In this document: positions 26,720 to 34,176 of the stretch, piece after piece | Numbering within the stretch: position 1 is the stretch's first letter | Layout: each line of letters begins with the position of its first letter | Source of the DNA: an uncultured Hymenobacter sp. | Lineage (GTDB): Bacteria > Bacteroidota > Bacteroidia > Cytophagales > Hymenobacteraceae | Direction: 5' to 3' | Assembly: GCA_964514915.1 (NCBI GenBank) | Contig: CAZERY010000001.1 | Coordinates: forward strand, 1-57,490 | Length of the DNA stretch: 57,490 nucleotides | Made by a program: the position numbers and the translations under genes | The notes under the pieces: generated by a model | Seen by the model: only the letters and a program-made list of their open reading frames with translations | The model's database searches: none | What the model was told of the DNA's origin: nothing

Positions 26720-28156
26720 CTACCACGTATAAGTTGCCACAGCCCCGGCCGGCAGCGTCAGGGGCACTACCTGGCCCTGGTAACGCAGGCTGAACGATTG
26801 CGCCGTGGGCTGGTCGTTTTGCACGAGCACTACGTGGCCGCCGCTGGGCGTGCGGTAGGCCACGTTGGGCAGTCCGCCCACGCTCGTGGAGCCGATGCGC
26901 ACCGCGCCGGGCCGCACAAACTTGCTCGTCTGGCCCACGAGGTAGTAGGCTACGTTGCGCTGCACGGCATCGCCGGGGCCGAGCGTGATGGCCCCGAGGC
27001 ATTCGTCGCAACCGCCGGGCGTGTGGGGGTTTTGCTGCGGGTCGGCGGCCAAGTTCCACTCCAGCACCGAGCGGCTCCAGTTGCGGGGCGCGCCCACAAA
27101 GAGCTGCTTGGTGTGCCAGGCCAGGTTGCCGGCAAAGTCCGATTTGGCGCCCACCCACTCCTCCGTGAAGTAGATGTTTTTGGTAGGAAAGGCGTCATGC
27201 ACTTTGCTCAAGGCCTCGATGGGCCCGGCGTAGAGGTGAAAGGCCGAGCCATCGACGTAAGGGCTGGCCGCGGCATTGCCGAGCACCGTGAGCGGGTACT
27301 CGGGCTTGTCGGCGTTGTGGTCGTAGCAAATAATCTTGGTAGCGAGCTTGGCCGCTTGGAAAGCCGGCCCGAGGTGCTGGCCAATGAACTCGGCCTGCTG
27401 CTCGGCCGGCATTAGCAGGCTAGGGTTGTTGCCGGGGTGCAGTGGTTCGTTTTGCACCGTGATGGCCTCAACGCGAATGCCCCGGGCCTGCATGCCTTGC
27501 AGGTATTTCACAAAGTACTGTGCGTAAGCTTCGTAGTATTCAGGCTTGAGCGAGCCACCTTTGGTGGCCTCGTTGGTTTTCATCCAGGCCGGCGGGCTCC
27601 AGGGCGAGCCCACCAGCGTGATGCTGGGATTAATGGCCAAAATCTCCTTGAGCACCGGGATAAGGTGCTGCTCATCGGGCGCCAGGCTAAACTTGGCCAG
27701 CGTGGGGTCCGTTTGGCCCGCCGGCAGGTCGTCGTAGCTAAATACAGTGGCGTCGAGGTCCGACGCGCCGATGCTGAGGCGCAGGTAGCTAACGCCCAGG
27801 TCGCTAGCCCCGGTGCCAAACAGCTCGCGCAGGAGCTTGGCCCGCGCCGGCGCGCTCATGGCGTGCAGTAGTTGGGCGCTGCCCCCGGTGAGGCAGTAGC
27901 CAAAGCCAGCCATCGTCTGGAAGCGCTGGCTGTCCTCCACTTCAATGACGGTCCCGCTAGCCACCCCCTTCTTAAACGCGAGGCGGCCCGGCTGCGGCTG
28001 CAACAGCTGCGCCTGGTCGGGAGTAGTAAGCCAGCAGGCCACGCCCGCCGCTGGCTGGCTGCCGCTAGCCCACCGCTGGGCCTGGCCGGGGAGGAGATGC
28101 AGCGTGAGGAGGGCGCCCAGGCACCAGCGACTGACGGTAGGATACAAGCTCATCAT
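26720..28156 (-). CDS. Glycoside hydrolase family 30 (GH30_3 beta-1,6-glucanase-like), GH30b
   Basis: FQTM.GFGY.LTGGSA, SYLR.SIGASDL, SPWSPPAWMKTN, TVQNEPLHPGNNPS, AFHLYAG, YFTEEW, PHT.GGC..C.GA. Confidence 0.92.
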   Translation of the reverse strand: MMSLYPTVSRWCLGALLTLHLLPGQAQRWASGSQPAAGVACWLTTPDQAQLLQPQPGRLAFKKGVASGTVIEVEDSQRFQTMAGFGYCLTGGSAQLLHAMSAPARAKLLRELFGTGASDLGVSYLRLSIGASDLDATVFSYDDLPAGQTDPTLAKFSLAPDEQHLIPVLKEILAINPSITLVGSPWSPPAWMKTNEATKGGSLKPEYYEAYAQYFVKYLQGMQARGIRVEAITVQNEPLHPGNNPSLLMPAEQQAEFIGQHLGPAFQAAKLATKIICYDHNADKPEYPLTVLGNAAASPYVDGSAFHLYAGPIEALSKVHDAFPTKNIYFTEEWVGAKSDFAGNLAWHTKQLFVGAPRNWSRSVLEWNLAADPQQNPHTPGGCDECLGAITLGPGDAVQRNVAYYLVGQTSKFVRPGAVRIGSTSVGGLPNVAYRTPSGGHVVLVQNDQPTAQSFSLRYQGQVVPLTLPAGAVATYTW

Positions 28157-28344
28157 AATCAAGTAAGTAAAAAGGTGGCTACCCAGCTGCTCCGGGGTGG
28201 GAAGCTTTTTGCTACTAGTATTTTCACCCCCAACGGCGGTTCCTGTTGAATGACTGGTCCGCAGGGAGTAAGCCCTGGTTTACTAGCCATTGAAGTTACG
28301 CTCTAGCACGGTTGCGAAGGCCGGATACCAGCTAGCTACAGGGC

Positions 28345-29448
28345 CTAGTGGGCCGCCCGGTACAGGCTTTCCAGCAGGCCGTGCTGGGGCTGATCACCGG
28401 TCAACTCCCAAAACATGATGCCCCCCAGGTGTTTCGCCCGCGCATACCGGGTTTTCAGCTGAATGGAGTGCGCATCATCGAAGGAGGCAAATTCCTGGCG
28501 GCGGGCATTGTAGGCATACGGTGCCTGCGCGACGGTGTCCCAGTAGGTAGCGAAGCCCTGTGCGGGCGATAAGCTATCCGCAAATTGTTTATAATCAAAC
28601 GTTTTGGCAAACTTGCCGGCTTGTTGCAGGCCCTGGTTGGTGGCTACTACGCCGCGGAAGACTCGGGCGTAAAAGGCGGCCCCAATGACAATCTTGCCCG
28701 GCGCCACGCCGATGGAATCGAGAAAATGCACCCCGTCGTCCACCGACGCGCGTTGCTGCGGGGTGGAGTAGAGAGGGGTATGGTGGCCCGTAGTAGTGCT
28801 GTAGCCGTTGACCAGGTCGTAGCTCATCAGGTTGACGCGGTCGACCAGCGGCATCACGGCGGCCCAGTCTACGGAGTTGCGTAGATACTCGCGAAAGCCG
28901 CCGGCGGCAAAGCTGATTTCGTAGGTGCTCCCCAACGTGGTGCGCAGGGCCTGCACCAGCCGCGTGAAGTTTTGGCGGTCTTCGGGGGTGAAGCGCTGGC
29001 CGGGCGGGCCGGCAATGGCCGGGTATTCCCAATCTAAGTCGATCCCGTCGGTGTGGGTAGCCACCAGCACCTGCTTGACGGAAGCGGCAAACGCGGTGCG
29101 GCCTTGCTCGGTGGCGAACACCTGGGAGCAGGTTGCGCAGCCGCTCCAGCCCCCCAGCGACAGCAGCACTTTCAGCTGCGGGTGCTGGGCCTTGAGGGCA
29201 ACCAGCGCGGCCACGGTAGCTTCATCCTGCGGCTTATCGAAGGCGAATGCCGTGCCTTGCAGATGCAGAAAGCTGTAGATGATATGGGTGAGCTGCTGGG
29301 TCGGATACCGCTGAAAACCGCGGGCGTCGCCGGCATAATAGGCAATAATGGCCAAGCCGGGCTTGGGAGCAGCCAGGGCCTGGCTGGCGCGCAGGGCAGC
29401 AGAGGCCCCCGCTGCCGCCAGGAGGGCCGCGTACAAAACAGTTCGCAT
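28345..29448 (-). CDS. Glycoside hydrolase family 18 (chitinase-like)
   Basis: LTHIIYSF, KVLLSLGGW, catalytic DGIDLDWEYP, NLMSYD, LGGIMFWE. Confidence 0.93.
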   Translation of the reverse strand: MRTVLYAALLAAAGASAALRASQALAAPKPGLAIIAYYAGDARGFQRYPTQQLTHIIYSFLHLQGTAFAFDKPQDEATVAALVALKAQHPQLKVLLSLGGWSGCATCSQVFATEQGRTAFAASVKQVLVATHTDGIDLDWEYPAIAGPPGQRFTPEDRQNFTRLVQALRTTLGSTYEISFAAGGFREYLRNSVDWAAVMPLVDRVNLMSYDLVNGYSTTTGHHTPLYSTPQQRASVDDGVHFLDSIGVAPGKIVIGAAFYARVFRGVVATNQGLQQAGKFAKTFDYKQFADSLSPAQGFATYWDTVAQAPYAYNARRQEFASFDDAHSIQLKTRYARAKHLGGIMFWELTGDQPQHGLLESLYRAAH

Positions 29449-29699
29449 AGAGCAGGCAGTAACAGGTAGGGTCAAACTACTCCCGAAGGTAGGAGATTTG
29501 CGCTCCCGTGGCTTTGCCTAGCCGTCTTCTATCGCGGCGTTACGGAGGAGCTAGCCTGCTGCCGGCATCGACGGCTGTAGTTGCCTGGTAAGAGTACGCG
29601 GGGCGCCCTGGGCTTCGCGGCCAGCTATCGGCTTCGCCTTGGCCGTGGCCAGGCGCACCAGCCCGGGCGGTAGTGGGCGGGCACAAGCGCTGCCCCAGC

Positions 29700-29985
29700 T
29701 ACTTGTGCTGCATTTGCTGCCGGGCGAGCTGGCGGCCAGTGCGCCCTACCTCATTACGCAGCGCCCCACTCTTAGCAGCCCACACACCGACTTTTTTTAC
29801 CCGCTGGTGAAAGCCGGCGAGCTTGTGTACCCCGGGGGCCGCCTCGGCTACGTCACCGACTTGTTTGGCCGCCCGCTGGCTGATAGCGTGGCGCCAGTCA
29901 CGGGCGTAGTGCTGTACATGAGTGCTACGCTGCCCATCAGCCGGGGCGAAAGTTTCTTCAGCATCGGGCAGGTAGCTGGTGCCCG
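29700..29985 (+). pseudogene. C-terminal fragment of a succinylglutamate desuccinylase/aspartoacylase (M14) family gene; boundaries approximate
   Basis: SPH..FFYPLVKAGE.V..G..LGYVTDLFG......AP..GVVLY...T..I..GE barrel-sandwich tail; no catalytic N-terminal domain. Confidence 0.6.
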
Positions 29986-30076
29986 GCCGTGGGTATCGGC
30001 TGCGCCAGCGACGCAAAAAGCTCACCCCGTCCGGGCGGAGGTTTTTAGGGCTTGTCTTATCTGATGAAAAACCTGC

Positions 30077-30628
30077 TTATTTCTTGAGTAGCGCGGCGTG
30101 GTCTTGCTCGATTTTCTGGTGGTCGGCCACGAGCTTTTGGTGCTCATCCTGCATTTTCTGGTCCTCGGCCTTCATCTGGTTATGGTCGGCCAGCATCTGG
30201 GAGTCGGTCATGCCGCCGGCAGCGTGCTTGCGCTCCAGCTCGGCGTGGCGCTTCAGAATCTCGCCGTGCATGGCCACTACCTGCTTGTGGCGGGTGATGA
30301 TAGCGTTGTGGCGTTTTTCGAGCGCGGCAAAGGCTGGCGTGTTGGCTTTGCCGGCGGCTTTGGCAGCCGCTACTTCCTGCTGGTGGTCGGCTTCCATCAC
30401 CGAGTCGGCCGCGGCCATCGTGCGGTGGTCTTCCTCCATTTTCTGATGGTCGGCTACGAGCTGCGCGTGGGCGGGCGTAGATAGCTTGCTGGCCGTGTCG
30501 GCGGCCGCCGTAGCGCCCGGAGCTTCGGTAGTGGTCGTGGTGGTCGTGTCAGCAGCTTTGTCGCCGCTGCCGCAGCTGGCGAGCGAGGCAGTGAGGGCAA
30601 CCAGGCCTAGGAGAGCAACTTTCTTCAT
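30077..30628 (-). CDS. His/Met-rich helical lipoprotein
   Basis: Lipobox LASC, Thr/Ala linker, 13 His in heptad register. Confidence 0.85.
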   Translation of the reverse strand: MKKVALLGLVALTASLASCGSGDKAADTTTTTTTEAPGATAAADTASKLSTPAHAQLVADHQKMEEDHRTMAAADSVMEADHQQEVAAAKAAGKANTPAFAALEKRHNAIITRHKQVVAMHGEILKRHAELERKHAAGGMTDSQMLADHNQMKAEDQKMQDEHQKLVADHQKIEQDHAALLKK

Positions 30629-30938
30629 GGGGTAAGAGGAAATTTTTTGAAACAATGATGCAAATAAAGGCTGTAAAGTTGTAGCGATGATGAATTATTG
30701 CTTACATTATAGCAGAAAGGCCTAGTCACTAACTACCAATAATAAAAGTGGCTAGACAAGCGAACGCAACGTTGCTTAGGAAGCTGGCCGGGCCCAGGTA
30801 GGGTTGACTAGACATGGCCTGGGGATAGTTCATTTGCAGCTAGTGCTCAGCGGGTGGGCCGACGAGCACTAGCTAGCTGCTTGGAAAGGCGCAGCGAATC
30901 GGGCCCAAATGGAAAGTCTAGCGCTAGTTGGGGGGCCG

Positions 30939-31331
30939 TTAGCTTACGCACGCGGCTTTGCATAAATAGCGACCCCTTGGGGCCGCTGGGGCTACTCCCG
31001 CCAGTGCCCTGCCTGCTACGCAGTAAATGCCGATTTCCGTCCAGGCTGGGAGTGAGTTAGGCTCTTCGTACTGGTCGAGCTGGTAGGTGCTGTCGGGCCG
31101 AAAGCTGACCACCTGGCGCGTACGGCCTTGGTGCAGCACTTCGTTAAGGGCGGCCACAGCCGAGTCGTCTAGCTACTCCTGTAGCTCGTGCGACAGCGGC
31201 CGCTCGGCTACGAAGCTAACCTGCCGCAACTGCCACTCACCCACCAGCAGGGCCGGCTTCGACGCGTCGGCCCCGTTCCGAGCGAAGCTCAAGCCGGCAA
31301 AAGTGAGCAAACCGGCGGCCCACCGGCGCCC
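30939..31331 (-). pseudogene. Disrupted lipocalin-like secreted protein gene
   Basis: One frame reads WAAGLLTFAGLS..LLVGEWQLRQVSF..ELQE*LDDS..VSFRPDSTYQ..EIGIY; in-frame TAG at 31173-31175 and no ATG start. Confidence 0.55.
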
Positions 31332-31353
31332 ATTAAATCAGCTGCTCAGTACT

Positions 31354-32259
31354 TTAGATCGCAAAAATTAGCTCCCGGTTAAGCATAGCCCCGGCCATCA
31401 TGCCGGCCGCCACGGCCGTGCTTACTGCTCGCATGGGGGTAGTAGCATCGCCGGCCGCATAAATACCCGCGACGCTCGTTTTCTGAAAGCCATCTACCAT
31501 AAGGTGCCCCACTTCGGAATGAGTGCAGCCCAAGGCATGGGGTAGGGTGCAATGCTGCTCGAAGGGCAGCCGGGCATAGAGCGCGGTGAGGGGCAACTGG
31601 CGGCCATCGGCCAGCACGAGGTGCGTAAGGTAGCCGGCACGGTGCCGCAACTGTCGCACGGGAGCTTCTTCTACGGCGATACCACGGGCAGCCAGGAGTT
31701 GCTGCTGCTCGGGCTGGAGCATAGCGGGGCCATTGGTGAAGACGGTGAGCTTATCGGTCCACTGGCGAAGTAGCGGCCCCATTTCGGCAGCTACTTCGCC
31801 AGTGGCCAAGATGCCGGTGGGCTGGTCGCGGTACTCGTAGCCATGGCAATAGGGACAGTGAATAGCCGAAATGCCCCAGCTCTCGGCAAACCCCGGCAGG
31901 TTGGGCATCACGTCGCGAATGCCGCTGGCAAACAGCAGTTTGCGTGCTCGTAATGCCGTCCCGCTGGCCGTGGTGATGGTGAAGCCATTGTTCTCGCCGG
32001 CCGCGGCTACCGCCGCCTCGTCGCGAATCTCTACTGTCGGGTAAGCCAGCACCTGGGCGCGGGCCGTTGCCGTCAGGGCGGCGGGCGTATTGCCATCCTG
32101 GGTCAGGAAGTTGTGTGAGTGCGGCGTCTGACGGTTGCAGGGCTGGCCGCTGTCGAGCACCACTACCCGCCGAATGGCGCGGCCTAGGGCTAAAGCGGCC
32201 GAAAGCCCTGCGTAACTGCCGCCAATGATGATTACGTCAACAAGCGCTACTTTATCCAT
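31354..32259 (-). CDS. NAD(P)/FAD-dependent oxidoreductase, thioredoxin-reductase-like
   Basis: IIGGSYAGLSAA, HCPYCHGYE, TSVAGIYAAGD. Confidence 0.9.
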   Translation of the reverse strand: MDKVALVDVIIIGGSYAGLSAALALGRAIRRVVVLDSGQPCNRQTPHSHNFLTQDGNTPAALTATARAQVLAYPTVEIRDEAAVAAAGENNGFTITTASGTALRARKLLFASGIRDVMPNLPGFAESWGISAIHCPYCHGYEYRDQPTGILATGEVAAEMGPLLRQWTDKLTVFTNGPAMLQPEQQQLLAARGIAVEEAPVRQLRHRAGYLTHLVLADGRQLPLTALYARLPFEQHCTLPHALGCTHSEVGHLMVDGFQKTSVAGIYAAGDATTPMRAVSTAVAAGMMAGAMLNRELIFAI

Positions 32260-32355
32260 ATTGCAAACCCTTATAAACCAAATGCAAATCAGTAAAAAAA
32301 TTCTTGTTTGGGCACCGGCACCAAGGTGCTGCCTGAAAAAAATCTAGAATGCCGG

Positions 32356-33543
32356 CTACGGGTCAGCAAACTGCCCGCCGCGCTGCCACTGGCTAACCTC
32401 GGCTTCGGTGCACAAGCACGCTTCCAGCTCCTGCCGGATGCCCGCCTCCTCCAGGTCTTGGCCGATGAACACCAGCTCATTTACCCGATCCTGAAAGCGT
32501 TTATCCCAGCGGCTCAGAATCAGCTCACGGTTTTCGCGGAACGCCCGATGCAGCTCGGGGCGCTCGATGGCGGCCCACCACGAGCCAGCACTTTCGGCGC
32601 GGAGTGAGCCGCCGGCCTGGCCCCAGTTTAGCGCGTCGGCCGGGCGTGCGGCTAGCCAGAACAGGCCCTTGCTGCGGATGACTTTGGCCGGCCAACGCTC
32701 GCTCACGTACGCCCAGAAGCGGGCCGGGTGGAAGGGGCGCGAATCGCGGAAAACGAAGCTGCCGATGCCGTATTCCTCGGTTTCGGGGGGGTGGGGGCTG
32801 TGCTTTAGCTCCTCATGCCAGCCAGCAGTTTGTTGGGCTTGCTCCTGGTCGAAGAGCCTGGTATTCAAGATATCGTGCAGAGGTATTTGGCCAAAGCTGG
32901 CTTCTACGAAGCGCGCGCCGGGGTTGAGCTTGCGCAGCACGGCTTTTAGCTCGCCCAGCGTGGCGGTGGGCACCAGGTCGGCCTTGTTGAGCACGATGAC
33001 GTTGGCATACTCGATTTGCTCGGTGAGCAGGTTCACGATGGTGCGCCGATCCTCGGGGTCGGCCTCGTGAAGCTGGCGGTCGGGCAGGCGGTCCATCGAG
33101 CCAAAGCCGCGGCCGAAGTTGAAGGCGTCGACCACCGTCACCAGCGTGTCGAGGCGGGCGTGGCGGCTCAGGCCGATGGTGCCGTCTTCGCTCACGAACG
33201 AGAACGTCTGCGCCACCGGCAGGGGCTCGAAGATACCCGTGCTTTCAATGAGCAAATAATCGAAGCGCTTTTCACGGGCCAGCTTGGTGACTTCGAGCAT
33301 GAGGTCTTCGCGCAGGGAGCAGCAGATGCAGCCGTTGCTCATTTCGACGAGCCGCTCCTCGGTGCGCGAGAGGCCACCCTCGCGGGTTACTTGTTGAGCG
33401 TCGAGGTTGATTTCGCTCATGCCGTTGACGATGACGGCCACTTTCAGCCCCGCGCGGTTGAGCAGCGGGGTTTTGCCAGCGCCCCAAAAGCCGCTGAGTA
33501 CGGTAACGGGGAGTTTGGCCGCAGCCGAAAAGATTGTAGACAT
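32356..33543 (-). CDS. COG0523/CobW-family zinc metallochaperone GTPase, probably decaying
   Basis: LPVTVLSGF.GAGKT, EMSNGCICC, IESTG, NKAD, PETEEYGI.SFV, RPFHP.RF, RSKG.FW, ELVFIGQ; several conserved sites altered. Confidence 0.88.
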   Translation of the reverse strand: MSTIFSAAAKLPVTVLSGFWGAGKTPLLNRAGLKVAVIVNGMSEINLDAQQVTREGGLSRTEERLVEMSNGCICCSLREDLMLEVTKLAREKRFDYLLIESTGIFEPLPVAQTFSFVSEDGTIGLSRHARLDTLVTVVDAFNFGRGFGSMDRLPDRQLHEADPEDRRTIVNLLTEQIEYANVIVLNKADLVPTATLGELKAVLRKLNPGARFVEASFGQIPLHDILNTRLFDQEQAQQTAGWHEELKHSPHPPETEEYGIGSFVFRDSRPFHPARFWAYVSERWPAKVIRSKGLFWLAARPADALNWGQAGGSLRAESAGSWWAAIERPELHRAFRENRELILSRWDKRFQDRVNELVFIGQDLEEAGIRQELEACLCTEAEVSQWQRGGQFADP

Positions 33544-33584
33544 ACCAGAAGGAAAGCAGCGAATGAGCAGTCAAAAGTAGAGAT

Positions 33585-33623
33585 GATTTTCTTATTTGCA
33601 ACAATGATTCAAATAAGAAAATC
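33585..33623. promoter_or_regulatory. Palindrome with 14-bp arms enclosing a TTGCAAC-N3-GATTCAA box (Zur/Fur-family-like operator)
   Basis: GATTTTCTTATTTG-CAACAATGATT-CAAATAAGAAAATC in the divergent promoter region. Confidence 0.6.
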
Positions 33624-33642
33624 TGGCTTTTGTTTTTTGAGC

Positions 33643-33664
33643 TATCTTTGCAACGTCGGTGCAA
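33643..33664 (+). promoter_or_regulatory. -7 element TATCTTTG overlapped by operator-like TTGCAAC-GTC-GGTGCAA
   Basis: TAnnTTTG at 33643-33650; near-palindrome at 33648-33664. Confidence 0.6.
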
Positions 33665-33709
33665 CCATTGGGGGATGCCCGCCGTTTTAGGCCCCAATCT
33701 GCCTGCCCT

Positions 33710-34063
33710 GTGTTGCGCCTTCCGCTACGTTCTTACCTCGCTTTCTTCTTGCTGCTCTGCCTCACGCGGACGCTGCTGCCGGAGGCGTGGGTACTGGCGC
33801 TGCACGCCCACGAGCACACCAGCGAGGAGCCGGCCTTCCGGCCCCGTGGCCAGCGCCTGGCCGGTAAAGCCCTGCTGACGCCCAGGCACACGCACTGCCA
33901 AACCGAGCAGTTTTACAACGTGCCTTTTCAGCCCGCGCCACCGGTAGTAGTACCGCTGCCCAAGCTGCTCGCGAGCTACCGGCCCCTGGTCGTGCCGACT
34001 ACCCTGGCCAGCTCGGCTACGGCGCTGCGCCGCTCGGCGCTACGCGGCCCCCCAGTGGGCTAG
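33710..34063 (+). CDS. Small His-rich membrane/secreted leader protein with C-terminal RGPP (DUF2946-like); GTG start inferred
   Basis: Hydrophobic N-terminus, LHAHEHT, HTHC, Pro-rich linker, LRGPPVG*; directly upstream of a TonB receptor. Confidence 0.8.
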   Translation: MLRLPLRSYLAFFLLLCLTRTLLPEAWVLALHAHEHTSEEPAFRPRGQRLAGKALLTPRHTHCQTEQFYNVPFQPAPPVVVPLPKLLASYRPLVVPTTLASSATALRRSALRGPPVG

Positions 34064-34176
34064 GTAGCTTTCGTCTGGTTGACAACTCTTGGCCGCTTTA
34101 GTGGGCCGGCGCTGCCGTGGGCACGCCGGACGCGGCCCCATCGGCTGCCTGCGGGCGGCGCAATCACTTTATTTTC

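Noticed and set aside
31173..31175. In-frame TAG as programmed readthrough or pyrrolysine
   Set aside because: The frame also lacks a start, neighbouring genes are decaying, and TAG is used as a normal stop throughout the window
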